DNA of 64,000 nucleotides from Eledone cirrhosa (GCA_964016885.1 OZ024754.1:25234001-25298000), one strand, 5' to 3'; positions 31,435 to 52,502 are shown, counted from the first letter of the stretch. Notes: generated by a model from the letters alone, not told the origin. Numbers and translations: made by a program.

Positions 31435-31521
31435 GTTCAACCATCTGGCAGAAGGGTATACGGTGCTGACGATAGCTAACAAGCTTGAAACTAGTACATC
31501 GATCCTGTGTCAGTGTTGAAC
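31435..31521 (+). ncRNA. Type I hammerhead ribozyme, family B (intact), cassette 1
   Basis: The core at 31461-31501 reads CGGUG CUGACGA U AGCU AACA AGCU U GAAA CUAG UA^CAUCG. Stem I CGGUG/CAUCG is extended by AGGGU/AUCCU, CUGGCA/UGUCAG and GUUCAAC/GUUGAAC. Predicted cleavage is after 31496. Confidence 0.92.
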
Positions 31522-31651
31522 AAAAAGTTGGCGTGGTTGCCTTAACACCGTACGGCATAAATCAGGCTGTCCATTTGTTTACAAACGGACAAAGCGAGCA
31601 TTATAATAGAAGTTCACTAAACTGATACGTACATATAAATATGTGTCCCTG

Positions 31652-31977
<326 letters not shown>

Positions 31978-32009
31978 AGCAGAGTAATTTGTGATGGTCA
32001 GTAAGAATG

Positions 32010-32524
32010 TTTCTGATTTCGAAAATTGATATATATTTTATATTCTTAAAAAATTTTTCAACGTGTAGAAACACAATGTATAAAAGCATTTTTTCTAAAT
32101 TCTGTGTAAAATGATCTATTTGTTAAAAACCTAAAAAAATCAATTTTACAAATCAGAAGTAAATATTTCTAAAAGTATAAACAAATTGATTATTATAGGT
32201 TTTTCACAAATTGATCATTTTACACAGTATTTCGAAAATTGTTTTTTTACAAAAAAGATTGATTTTTTTTCTTTCGAAATATATACTTTCTGATTTTGAA
32301 AATTGATATATATTTTGTATTTTTCAAAAATTTTTCAACGTGACGAAACACAATGTATAAACGCATTCTTTTGAAAAAAAAACATTTTTTCCAAATACTG
32401 TGTTTTACACAGTATGGTCAATTTGTTAAAAACCTAAAAAAATCAATTTTAGAAATCAGAAGTAAATATTTCGAAAAGTATAAACAAATCGATTATTTTA
32501 GGTTTTTCACAAATTGATCATTTT
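32010..32524. repeat. AT-rich diverged tandem dimer, ~277-bp period, with internal inverted repeats (family C)
   Basis: tttctgatt(t/c)gaaaattgatatatatttt occurs at 32010 and 32287. A 32-bp inverted repeat lies at 32102-32133 / 32196-32227 with 2 mismatches. The second copy is truncated at the satellite junction. Confidence 0.85.
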
Positions 32525-33829
32525 ATTACATATCCAGTGTTACATATCCAGTGCTTTTATCGAGAATGACACAGCTAGAGACTTATAGAATACTTAGCTG
32601 TGTACAGGAACTGGTTTGAAAGAGCGGTTGCCGGTCCGGCAGAAATTAGAAATTGGATTAAATGCTCTGAAATAGCGATATATATGTGAAGATAGACATA
32701 GAATATTCGAAAATATTCTGTATGTTTATAATAAATATTTTGAAGACCTAATCGCTATAGAATAGAATACGTCACGTATTACAATTAGATTCTCGATAAA
32801 AGCAAGGGAAGTAACCTACGCGTTTCATTCTTATTAGAAATCTTCAGGATTACATATCCAGTGCTTTTATCGAGAATGACACAGCTAGAGACTTATAGAA
32901 TACTTAGCTGTGTACAGGAACTGGTTTGAAAGAGCGGTTGCCGGTCCGGCAGAAATTAGAAATTGGATTAAATGCTCTGAAATAGCGATATATATGTGAA
33001 GATAGACATAGAATATTCGAAAATATTCTGTATGTTTATAATAAACATTTTGAAGACCTAATCGCTATAGAATAGAATACGTCACGTATTACAATTAGAT
33101 TCTCGATAAAAGCAAGGGAAGTAACCTACGCGTTTCATTCTTATTAGAAATCTTCAGGATTACATATCCAGTGCTTTTATCGAGAATGACACAGCTAGAG
33201 ACTTATAGAATACTTAGCTGTGTACAGGAACTGGTTTGAAAGAGCGGTTGCCGGTCCGGCAGAAATTAGAAATTGGAATAAATGCTCTGAAATAGCGATA
33301 TATATGTGAAGATAGACATAGAATATTCGAAAATATTCTGTATGTTTATAATAAACATTTTGAAGACCTAATCGCTATAGAATAGAATACGTCACGTATT
33401 ACAATTAGATTCTCGATAAAAGCAAGGGAAGTAACCTACGCGTTTCATTCTTATTAGAAATCTTCAGGATTACATATCCAGTGCTTTTATCGAGTATGAC
33501 ACAGCTAGAGACTTATAGAATACTTAGCTGTGTACAGGAACTGGTTTGAAAGAGCGGTTGCCGGTCCGGCAGAAATTAGAAATTGGAATAAATGCTCTAA
33601 AATAGCGATATATATGTGAAGATAGACATAGAATATTCGAAAATATTCTGTATGTTTATAATAAACATTTTGAAGACCTAATCGCTATAGAATAGAATAT
33701 GTCACGTATTACAATTAGATTCTCGATAAAAGCAAGGGAAGTAACCTACGCGTTTCATTCTTATTAGAAATCTTCAGGATTACATATCCAGTGCTTTTAT
33801 ATATATATACATATATATATACATATACA

Positions 33830-33863
<34 letters not shown>

Positions 33864-33974
33864 CATATACATATATATATATATGTATACATATATATAC
33901 ATATATATATATACATATACATATATATATATACATATACATATATATATATATACATATATATATATACATAC

Positions 33975-34065
<91 letters not shown>

Positions 34066-34078
34066 TATATCTATATAC

Positions 34079-34121
<43 letters not shown>

Positions 34122-34123
34122 CA

Positions 34124-34161
<38 letters not shown>

Positions 34162-35050
34162 CAAATATATATATATACATATATATATATACATATATAT
34201 ATATAGAAATTGGATTAAATGCTCTGAAATAGCGATATATATGTGAAGATAGACATAGAATATTCGAAAATATTCTGTATGTTTATAATAAACATTTTGA
34301 AGACCTAATCGCTACGTATTACAATTAGATTCTCGATAAAAGCAAGGGAAGTAACCTACGCGTTTCATTCTTATTAGAAATCTTCAGGATTACATATCCA
34401 GTGCTTTTATCGAGAATGACACAGCTAGAGACTTATAGAATACTTAGCTGTGTACAGGAACTGGTTTGAAAGAGCCGTTGCCGGTCCGGCAGAAATTAGA
34501 AATTGGATTAAATGCTCTGAAATAGCGATATATATGTGAAGATAGACATAGAATATTCGAAAACATTCTGTGTTTATAATAAACATTTTGAAGACCTAAT
34601 ACAATACGTCACGTATTACAATTAGATTCTCGATAAAAGCAAGGGAAGTAACCTACGAGTTTCATTCTTATTAGAAATCTTCAGGATTACATATCCAGTG
34701 CTTTTATCGAGAATGACACAGCTAGAGACTTATAAAATACTTAGCTGTGTACAGGAACTGGTTTGAAAGAGCGGTTGCCGGTCCGGCAGAAATTAGAAAT
34801 TGGATTAAATGCTCTGAAATAGCGATATATATGTGAAGATAGACATAGAATATTCGAAAATATTCTGTATGTTTATAATAAACATTTTGAAGACCTAATC
34901 GCTATAGAATAGAATACGTCACGTATTACAATTAGATTCTCGATAAAAGCAAGGGAAGTAACCTACGCGTTTCATTCTTATTAGAAATCTTCAGGATTAC
35001 ATATCCAGTGCTTTTATATATATATACATATATATATACATATACATATA

Positions 35051-35084
<34 letters not shown>

Positions 35085-35193
35085 CATATACATATATATA
35101 TATATGTATACATATATATACATATATATATATACATATACATATATATATATACATATACATATATATATATACATATATATATATACATAC

Positions 35194-35354
<161 letters not shown>

Positions 35355-35356
35355 CA

Positions 35357-35398
<42 letters not shown>

Positions 35399-36030
35399 CA
35401 AATATATATATATACATATATATATATACATATATATATATAGAAATTGGATTAAATGCTCTGATATAGCGATATATATGTGAAGATAGACATAGAATAT
35501 TCGAAAATATTCTGTATGTTTATAATAAACATTTTGAAGACCTAATCGCTATAGAATAGAATACGTCACGTATTACAATTAGATTCTCGATAAAAGCAAG
35601 TGAAGTAACCTACGCGTTTCATTCTTATTAGAAATCTTCAGGATTACATATCCAGTGCTTTTATCGAGAATGACACAGCTAGAGACTTATAGAATACTTA
35701 GCTGTGTACAGGAACTGGTTTGAAAGAGCGGTTGCCGGTCCGGCAGAAATTAGAAATTGGATTAAATGCTCTGAAATAGCGATATATATGTGAAGATAGA
35801 CATAGAATATTCGAAAATATTCTGTATGTTTATAATAAACATTTTGAAGACCTAATCGCTATAGAATAGAATACGTCACGTATTACAATCAGATTCTCGA
35901 TAAAAGCAAGGGAAGTAACCTACGCGTTTCATTCTTATTAGAAATCTTCAGTGCTTTTATCGAGAATGACACAGCTAGAGACTTATAGAATACTTATAGA
36001 ATACTTATTTGTATATATATATATATACAA

Positions 36031-36077
<47 letters not shown>

Positions 36078-36296
36078 GAAATTGGATTAAATGCTCTGAA
36101 ATAGCGATATATATGTATTACAATCAGATTCTCGATAAAAGCAAGGGAAGTAACCTACGCGTTTCATTCTTATTAATGAAATAGCGATATATACGTATGT
36201 ATATATCGCTATTTCAGTGCTTTTATCGAGAATGACACAGCTAGAGACTTATAGAATACTTATAGAATACTTATTTGTATATATATATATATACAA

Positions 36297-36343
<47 letters not shown>

Positions 36344-36486
36344 GAAATTGGATTAAATGCTCTGAAATAGCGATATATATGTGAACATAGACATAGAATA
36401 TTCGAAAATATTCTGTATGTTTATAATAAACATTTTGAAGACCTAATCGCTATAGAATAGAATACGTCACGTATTACAATTAGATT

Positions 36487-38254
<1,768 letters not shown>

Positions 38255-38941
38255 ATTACATATCCAGTGCTTTTATCGAGAATGACACAGCTAGAGACTT
38301 ATAGAATACTTAGCTGTGTACAGGAACTGGTTTGAAAGAGCGGTTGCCGGTCCGGCAGAAATTAGAAATTGGATTAAATGCTCTGAAATAGCGATATATA
38401 TGTGAAGATAGACATAGAATATTCGAAAATATTCTGTATGTTTATAATAAACATTTTGAAGATGTTATCTATAGAATATGATCTATAGAATAGAATACGT
38501 CACGTATTACAATTAGATTCTCGATAAAAGCAAGGGAAGTAACCTACGCGTTTCATTCTTATTAGAAATCTTCAGGATTACATATCCAGTGCTTTTATCG
38601 AGAATGACACAGCTAGAGACTTATAGAATACTTAGCTGTGTACAGGAACTGGTTTGAAAGAGCGGTTGCCGGTCCGGCAGAAATTAGAAATTGGAATAAA
38701 TGCTCTAAAATAGCGATATATATGTGAAGATAGACATAGAATATTCGAAAATATTCTGTATGTTTATAATAAACATTTTGAAGACCTAATCGCTATAGAA
38801 TAGAATACGTCACGTATTACAATTAGATTCTCGATAAAAGCAAGGGAAGTAACCTACGCGTTTCATTCTTATTAGAAATCTTCAGGATTACATATCCAGT
38901 GCTTTTATATATATATACATATATATATACATATACATATA

Positions 38942-38975
<34 letters not shown>

Positions 38976-39084
38976 CATATACATATATATATATATGTAT
39001 ACATATATATACATATATATATATACATATACATATATATATATACATATACATATATATATATACATATATATATATACATAC

Positions 39085-39257
<173 letters not shown>

Positions 39258-39259
39258 CA

Positions 39260-39299
<40 letters not shown>

Positions 39300-40218
39300 C
39301 AAATATATATATATACATATATATATATACATATATATATATAGAAATTGGATTAAATGCTCTGAAATAGCGATATATATGTGAAGATAGACATAGAATA
39401 TTCGAAAATATTCTGTATGTTTATAATAAACATTTTGAAGACCTAATCGCTATAGAATAGAATACGTCACGTATTACAATTAGATTCTCGATAAAAGCAA
39501 GGGAAGTAACCTACGCGTTTCATTCTTATTAGAAATCTTCAGGATTACATATCCAGTGCTTTTATCGAGAATGACACAGCTAGAGACTTATAGAATACTT
39601 AGCTGTGTACAGGAACTGGTTTGAAAGAGCGGTTGCCGGTCCGGCAGAAATTAGAAAATGGATTAAATGCTCTGAAATAGCGATATATATGTGAAGATAG
39701 ACATAGAATATTCGAAAATATTCTGTATGTTTATAATAAACATTTTGAAGACCTTATCGCTATAGAATAGAATACGTCACGTATTACAATTAGATTCTCG
39801 ATAAAAGTAAGGGAAGTAACCTACGCGTTTCATTCTTATTAGAAATCTTCAGGATTACATATCCAGTGCTTTTATCGAGAATGACACAGCTAGAGACTTA
39901 TAGAATACTTAGCTGTGTACAGGAACTGGTTTGAAAGAGCGGTTGCCGGTCCGGCAGAAATTAGAAATTGGAATAAATGCTCTGAAATAGCGATATATAT
40001 GTGAAGATAGACATAGAATATTCGAAAATATTCTGTATGTTTATAATAAACATTTTGAAGACCTAATCGCTATAGAATAGAATACGTCACGTATTACAAT
40101 TAGATTCTCGATAAAAGCAAGGGAAGTAACCTACGCGTTTCATTCTTATTAGAAATCTTCAGGATTACATATCCAGTGCTTTTATATATATATACATATA
40201 TATATACATATACATATA

Positions 40219-40252
<34 letters not shown>

Positions 40253-40357
40253 CATATACATATATATATGTATACATATATATACATATATATATATACA
40301 TATACATATATATATATACATATACATATATATATATACATATATATATATACATAC

Positions 40358-40509
<152 letters not shown>

Positions 40510-40516
40510 GTATACA

Positions 40517-40554
<38 letters not shown>

Positions 40555-41443
40555 CAAATATATATATATACATATATATATATACATATATATATATAGA
40601 AATTGGATTAAATGCTCTGAAATAGCGATATATATGTGAAGATAGACATAGAATATTCGAAAATATTCTGTATGTTTATAATAAACATTTTGAAGACCTA
40701 ATCGCTACGTATTACAATTAGATTCTCGATAAAAGCAAGGGAAGTAACCTACGCGTTTCATTCTTATTAGAAATCTTCAGGATTACATATCCAGTGCTTT
40801 TATCGAGAATGACACAGCTAGAGACTTATAGAATACTTAGCTGTGTACAGGAACTGGTTTGAAAGAGCCGTTGCCGGTCCGGCAGAAATTAGAAATTGGA
40901 TTAAATGCTCTGAAATAGCGATATATATGTGAAGATAGACATAGAATATTCGAAAACATTCTGTGTTTATAATAAACATTTTGAAGACCTAATACAATAC
41001 GTCACCTATTACAATTAGATTCTCGATAAAAGCAAGGGAAGTAACCTACGAGTTTCATTCTTATTAGAAATCTTCAGGATTACATATCCAGTGCTTTTAT
41101 CGAGAATGACACAGCTAGAGACTTATAAAATACTTAGCTGTGTACAGGAACTGGTTTGAAAGAGCGGTTGCCGGTCCGGCAGAAATTAGAAATTGGATTA
41201 AATGCTCTGAAATAGCGATATATATGTGAAGATAGACATAGAATATTCGAAAATATTCTGTATGTTTATAATAAACATTTTGAAGACCTAATCGCTATAG
41301 AATAGAATACGTCACGTATTACAATTAGATTCTCGATAAAAGCAAGGGAAGTAACCTACGCGTTTCATTCTTATTAGAAATCTTCAGGATTACATATCCA
41401 GTGCTTTTATATATATATACATATATATATACATATACATATA

Positions 41444-41477
<34 letters not shown>

Positions 41478-41586
41478 CATATACATATATATATATATGT
41501 ATACATATATATACATATATATATATACATATACATATATATATATACATATACATATATATATATACATATATATATATACATAC

Positions 41587-41751
<165 letters not shown>

Positions 41752-41753
41752 CA

Positions 41754-41795
<42 letters not shown>

Positions 41796-42117
41796 CAAAT
41801 ATATATATATACATATATATATATACATATATATATATAGAAATTGGATTAAATGCTCTGATATAGCGATATATATGTGAAGATAGACATAGAATATTCG
41901 AAAATATTCTGTATGTTTATAATAAACATTTTGAAGACCTAATCGCTATAGAATAGAATACGTCACGTATTACAATCAGATTCTCGATAAAAGCAAGGGA
42001 AGTAACCTACGCGTTTCATTCTTATTAGAAATCTTCAGTGCTTTTATCGAGAATGACACAGCTAGAGACTTATAGAATACTTATAGAATACTTATTTGTA
42101 TATATATATATATACAA

Positions 42118-42164
<47 letters not shown>

Positions 42165-42383
42165 GAAATTGGATTAAATGCTCTGAAATAGCGATATATA
42201 TGTATTTCAATCAGATTCTCGATAAAAGCAAGGGAAGTAACCTACGCGTTTCATTCTTATTAATGAAATAGCGATATATACGTATGTATATATCGCTATT
42301 TCAGTGCTTTTATCGAGAATGACACAGCTAGAGACTTATAGAATTCTTATAGAATACTTATTTGTATATATATATATATACAA

Positions 42384-42430
<47 letters not shown>

Positions 42431-42573
42431 GAAATTGGATTAAATGCTCTGAAATAGCGATATATATGTGAACATAGACATAGAATATTCGAAAATATTC
42501 TGTATGTTTATAATAAACATTTTGAAGACCTAATCGCTATAGAATAGAATACGTCACGTATTACAATTAGATT

Positions 42574-44389
<1,816 letters not shown>

Positions 44390-45076
44390 ATTACATATCC
44401 AGTGCTTTTATCGAGAATGACACAGCTAGAGACTTATAGAATACTTAGCTGTGTACAGGAACTGGTTTGAAAGAGCGGTTGCCGGTCCGGCAGAAATTAG
44501 GAATTGGATTAAATGCTCTGAAATAGCGATATATATGTGAAGATAGACATAGAATATTCGAAAATATTCTGTATGTTTATAATAAACATTTTGAAGATGT
44601 TATCTATAGAATATGATCTATAGAATAGAATACGTCACGTATTACAATTAGATTCTCGATAAAAGCAAGGGAAGTAACCTACGCGTTTCATTCTTATTAG
44701 AAATCTTCAGGATTACATATCCAGTGCTTTTATCGAGAATGACACAGCTAGAGACTTATAGAATACTTAGCTGTGTACAGGAACTGGTTTGAAAGAGCGG
44801 TTGCCGGTCCGGCAGAAATTAGAAATTGGAATAAATGCTCTAAAATAGCGATATATATGTGAAGATAGACATAGAATATTCGAAAATATTCTGTATGTTT
44901 ATAATAAACATTTTGAAGACCTAATCGCTATAGAATAGAATACGTCACGTATTACAATTAGATTCTCGATAAAAGCAAGGGAAGTAACCTACGCGTTTCA
45001 TTCTTATTAGAAATCTTCAGGATTACATATCCAGTGCTTTTATATATATATACATATATATATACATATACATATA

Positions 45077-45110
<34 letters not shown>

Positions 45111-45219
45111 CATATACATATATATATATATGTATACATATATATACATATATATATATACATATACATATATATATATACATATACATATATATATATA
45201 CATATATATATATACATAC

Positions 45220-45403
<184 letters not shown>

Positions 45404-45412
45404 GTATACAAA

Positions 45413-45452
<40 letters not shown>

Positions 45453-46371
45453 CAAATATATATATATACATATATATATATACATATATATATATAGAAA
45501 TTGGATTAAATGCTCTGAAATAGCGATATATATGTGAAGATAGACATAGAATATTCGAAAATATTCTGTATGTTTATAATAAACATTTTGAAGACCTAAT
45601 CGCTATAGAATAGAATACGTCACGTATTACAATTAGATTCTCGATAAAAGCAAGGGAAGTAACCTACGCGTTTCATTCTTATTAGAAATCTTCAGGATTA
45701 CATATCCAGTGCTTTTATCGAGAATGACACAGCTAGAGACTTATAGAATACTTAGCTGTGTACAGGAACTGGTTTGAAAGAGCGGTTGCCGGTCCGGCAG
45801 AAATTAGAAAATGGATTAAATGCTCTGAAATAGCGATATATATGTGAAGATAGACATAGAATATTCGAAAATATTCTGTATGTTTATAATAAACATTTTG
45901 AAGACCTAATCGCTATAGAATAGAATACGTCACGTATTACAATTAGATTCTCGATAAAAGTAAGGGAAGTAACCTACGCGTTTCATTCTTATTAGAAATC
46001 TTCAGGATTACATATCCAGTGCTTTTATCGAGAATGACACAGCTAGAGACTTATAGAATACTTAGCTGTGTACAGGAACTGGTTTGAAAGAGCGGTTGCC
46101 GGTCCGGCAGAAATTAGAAATTGGAATAAATGCTCTGAAATAGCGATATATATGTGAAGATAGACATAGAATATTCGAAAATATTCTGTATGTTTATAAT
46201 AAACATTTTGAAGACCTAATCGCTTTAGAATAGAATACGTCACGTATTACAATTAGATTCTCGATAAAAGCAAGGGAAGTAACCTACGCGTTTCATTCTT
46301 ATTAGAAATCTTCAGGATTACATATCCAGTGCTTTTATATATATATACATATATATATACATATACATATA

Positions 46372-46405
<34 letters not shown>

Positions 46406-46514
46406 CATATACATATATATATATATGTATACATATATATACATATATATATATACATATACATATATATATATACATATACATATATATATATACATAT
46501 ATATATATACATAC

Positions 46515-46660
<146 letters not shown>

Positions 46661-46667
46661 GTATACA

Positions 46668-46705
<38 letters not shown>

Positions 46706-47594
46706 CAAATATATATATATACATATATATATATACATATATATATATAGAAATTGGATTAAATGCTCTGAAATAGCGATATATATGTGAAGATAGACAT
46801 AGAATATTCGAAAATATTCTGTATGTTTATAATAAACATTTTGAAGACCTAATCGCTACGTATTACAATTAGATTCTCGATAAAAGCAAGGGAAGTAACC
46901 TACGCGTTTCATTCTTATTAGAAATCTTCAGGATTACATATCCAGTGCTTTTATCGAGAATGACACAGCTAGAGACTTATAGAATACTTAGCTGTGTACA
47001 GGAACTGGTTTGAAAGAGCCGTTGCCGGTCCGGCAGAAATTAGAAATTGGATTAAATGCTCTGAAATAGCGATATATATGTGAAGATAGACATAGAATAT
47101 TCGAAAACATTCTGTGTTTATAATAAACATTTTGAAGACCTAATACAATACGTCACCTATTACAATTAGATTCTCGATAAAAGCAAGGGAAGTAACCTAC
47201 GAGTTTCATTCTTATTAGAAATCTTCAGGATTACATATCCAGTGCTTTTATCGAGAATGACACAGCTAGAGACTTATAAAATACTTAGCTGTGTACAGGA
47301 ACTGGTTTGAAAGAGCGGTTGCCGGTCCGGCAGAAATTAGAAATTGGATTAAATGCTCTGAAATAGCGATATATATGTGAAGATAGACATAGAATATTCG
47401 AAAATATTCTGTACGTTTATAATAAACATTTTGAAGACCTAATCGCTATAGAATAGAATACGTCACGTATTACAATTAGATTCTCGATAAAAGCAAGGGA
47501 AGTAACCTACGCGTTTCATTCTTATTAGAAATCTTCAGGATTACATATCCAGTGCTTTTATATATATATACATATATATATACATATACATATA

Positions 47595-47626
<32 letters not shown>

Positions 47627-47735
47627 CATATACATATATATATATATGTATACATATATATACATATATATATATACATATACATATATATATATACATA
47701 TACATATATATATATACATATATATATATACATAC

Positions 47736-47904
<169 letters not shown>

Positions 47905-47906
47905 CA

Positions 47907-47948
<42 letters not shown>

Positions 47949-48270
47949 CAAATATATATATATACATATATATATATACATATATATATATAGAAATTGG
48001 ATTAAATGCTCTGATATAGCGATATATATGTGAAGATAGACATAGAATATTCGAAAATATTCTGTATGTTTATAATAAACATTTTGAAGACCTAATCGCT
48101 ATAGAATAGAATACGTCACGTATTACAATCAGATTCTCGATAAAAGCAAGGGAAGTAACCTACGCGTTTCATTCTTATTAGAAATCTTCAGTGCTTTTAT
48201 CGAGAATGACACAGCTAGAGACTTATAGAATACTTATAGAATACTTATTTGTATATATATATATATACAA

Positions 48271-48317
<47 letters not shown>

Positions 48318-48536
48318 GAAATTGGATTAAATGCTCTGAAATAGCGATATATATGTATTACAATCAGATTCTCGATAAAAGCAAGGGAAGTAACCTACGC
48401 GTTTCATTCTTATTAATGAAATAGCGATATATACGTATGTATATATCGCTATTTCAGTGCTTTTATCGAGAATGACACAGCTAGAGACTTATAGAATTCT
48501 TATAGAATACTTATTTGTATATATATATATATACAA

Positions 48537-48585
<49 letters not shown>

Positions 48586-48728
48586 GAAATTGGATTAAAT
48601 GCTCTGAAATAGCGATATATATGTGAACATAGACATAGAATATTCGAAAATATTCTGTATGTTTATAATAAACATTTTGAAGACCTAATCGCTATAGAAT
48701 AGAATACGTCACGTATTACAATTAGATT

Positions 48729-48754
48729 TACATATATATATGTGTGACTGTATG

Positions 48755-48832
<78 letters not shown>

Positions 48833-49697
48833 AATATATATACATGCTACTGTACGTCTGTATGCATATATGTATGTACGTATACATACATACTTACATT
48901 TAAGTAAGTGCCGTACTAAGAATCAGAAATTTCATTTCATTTCATTCTATTCCATTTTAGCGTTTTCGGTGCGCCTGGCCGACTGAACTCACTCAATATG
49001 CAAATTAGGCTGCTCAGCCGTTAATTTTCATAAGGAAAGTATATACTTTCGAACGTTCAACGCTGACGATAGCTAACAAACTTGAAACTAGTACATCGTA
49101 ACTCTGTAAGTGTTGAACAAAAAGGTGACGTGGTTGCCTTAACACCGTACGGCATAAATCAGGCTGTCCGTTTGTTTACAAACAGACAAAGCGAGCATTA
49201 TAATAAATGTTCGTTAAACTGATATGTACATATATATATGTGTGCCTTTATGTATATATATATATATACATGCTACTGTACGTCTGTATGCATATATGTA
49301 TGTACGTATACATATATACTTACATTTAAGTAAGTGCCGTACTAAGAGTGAGAAATTAAATTTCATTTCATTCTATTCCATTTTATCGTTTTCGGTGCGC
49401 CTGGCCGACTGAACTCACTCGATATGCAAATCAGGCTGCTTAGCCGTTAATTTTCATAAGGAAAGTATATAGTTTCGAACGTTCAACCATCTGGCAGAAG
49501 GGTATACGGTGCTGACGATAGCTAACAAGCTTGAAACTAGTACATCGATCCTGTGTCAGTGTTGAACAAAAAGTTGGCGTGGTTGCCTTAACACCGTACG
49601 GCATAAATCAGGCTGTCCATTTGTTTACAAACGGACAAAGCGAGCATTATAATAGAAGTTCACTAAACTGATACGTACATATAAATATGTGTCCCTG

Positions 49698-49794
<97 letters not shown>

Positions 49795-49797
49795 GTG

Positions 49798-49838
<41 letters not shown>

Positions 49839-50500
49839 TAGTAGTAGTAAGGTTTTCGATGTTGTGATAATGGTTAGCAGCGATGTGTGTCAAATGGCTA
49901 TTAAGATAAGTGTGTGTGTGTATGTGTGTGTGTGTGTGAGTGTGTGTGTGTGTAGCAGAGTAATTTGTGATGGTCAGTAAGAATGTTTCTGATTTCGAAA
50001 ATTGATATATATTTTATATTCTTAAAAAATTTTTCAACGTGTAGAAACACAATGTATAGAAGCATTTTTTCTAAATTCTGTGTAAAATGATCTATTTGTT
50101 AAAAACCTAAAAAAATCAATTTTACAAATCAGAAGTAAATATTTCTAAAAGTATAAACAAATTGATTATTATAGGTTTTTCACAAATTGATCATTTTACA
50201 CAGTATTTCGAAAATTGTTTTTTTACAAAAAAGATTGATTTTTCTTCTTTAGAAATATATACTTTCTGATTTTGAAAATTGATATATATTTTGTATTTTT
50301 CAAAAATTTTTCAACGTGACGAAACACAATGTATAAACGCATTCTTTTGAAAAAAAAACATTTTTTCCAAATACTGTGTTTTACACAGTATGGTCAATTT
50401 GTTAAAAACCTAAAAAAATCAATTTTAGAAATCAGAAGTAAATATTTCGAAAAGTATAAACAAATCGATTATTTTAGGTTTTTCACAAATTGATCATTTT
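48729..50500. mobile_element. Composite cassette, copy 4
   Basis: Near-identical to copy 1 with the same junctions. Confidence 0.7.
49507..49547 (+). ncRNA. Type I hammerhead ribozyme, family B, cassette 4
   Basis: Identical 41-nt core. Confidence 0.9.
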
Positions 50501-51187
50501 ATTACATATCCAGTGCTTTTATCGAGAATGACACAGCTAGAGACTTATAGAATACTTAGCTGTGTACAGGAACTGGTTTGAAAGAGCGGTTGCCGGTCCG
50601 GCAGAAATTAGAAATTGGATTAAATGCTCTGAAATAGCGATATATATGTGAAGATAGACATAGAATATTCGAAAATATTCTGTATGTTTATAATAAACAT
50701 TTTGAAGATGTTATCTATAGAATATGATCTATAGAATAGAATACGTCACGTATTACAATTAGATTCTCGATAAAAGCAAGGGAAGTAACCTACGCGTTTC
50801 ATTCTTATTAGAAATCTTCAGGATTACATATCCAGTGCTTTTATCGAGAATGACACAGCTAGAGACTTATAGAATACTTAGCTGTGTACAGGAACTGGTT
50901 TGAAAGAGCGGTTGCCGGTCCGGCAGAAATTAGAAATTGGAATAAATGCTCTAAAATAGCGATATATATGTGAAGATAGACATAGAATATTCGAAAATAT
51001 TCTGTATGTTTATAATAAACATTTTGAAGACCTAATCGCTATAGAATAGAATACGTCACGTATTACAATTAGATTCTCGATAAAAGCAAGGGAAGTAACC
51101 TACGCGTTTCATTCTTATTAGAAATCTTCAGGATTACATATCCAGTGCTTTTATATATATATACATATATATATACATATACATATA

Positions 51188-51221
<34 letters not shown>

Positions 51222-51330
51222 CATATACATATATATATATATGTATACATATATATACATATATATATATACATATACATATATATATATACATATACAT
51301 ATATATATATACATATATATATATACATAC

Positions 51331-51507
<177 letters not shown>

Positions 51508-51509
51508 CA

Positions 51510-51549
<40 letters not shown>

Positions 51550-52468
51550 CAAATATATATATATACATATATATATATACATATATATATATAGAAATTG
51601 GATTAAATGCTCTGAAATAGCGATATATATGTGAAGATAGACATAGAATATTCGAAAATATTCTGTATGTTTATAATAAACATTTTGAAGACCTAATCGC
51701 TATAGAATAGAATACGTCACGTATTACAATTAGATTCTCGATAAAAGCAAGGGAAGTAACCTACGCGTTTCATTCTTATTAGAAATCTTCAGGATTACAT
51801 ATCCAGTGCTTTTATCGAGAATGACACAGCTAGAGACTTATAGAATACTTAGCTGTGTACAGGAACTGGTTTGAAAGAGCGGTTGCCGGTCCGGCAGAAA
51901 TTAGAAAATGGATTAAATGCTCTGAAATAGCGATATATATGTGAAGATAGACATAGAATATTCGAAAATATTCTGTATGTTTATAATAAACATTTTGAAG
52001 ACCTAATCGCTATAGAATAGAATACGTCACGTATTACAATTAGATTCTCGATAAAAGTAAGGGAAGTAACCTACGCGTTTCATTCTTATTAGAAATCTTC
52101 AGGATTACATATCCAGTGCTTTTATCGAGAATGACACAGCTAGAGACTTATAGAATACTTAGCTGTGTACAGGAACTGGTTTGAAAGAGCGGTTGCCGGT
52201 CCGGCAGAAATTAGAAATTGGAATAAATGCTCTGAAATAGCGATATATATGTGAAGATAGACATAGAATATTCGAAAATATTCTGTATGTTTATAATAAA
52301 CATTTTGAAGACCTAATCGCTATAGAATAGAATACGTCACGTATTACAATTAGATTCTCGATAAAAGCAAGGGAAGTAACCTACGCGTTTCATTCTTATT
52401 AGAAATCTTCAGGATTACATATCCAGTGCTTTTATATATATATACATATATATATACATATACATATA

Positions 52469-52502
<34 letters not shown>

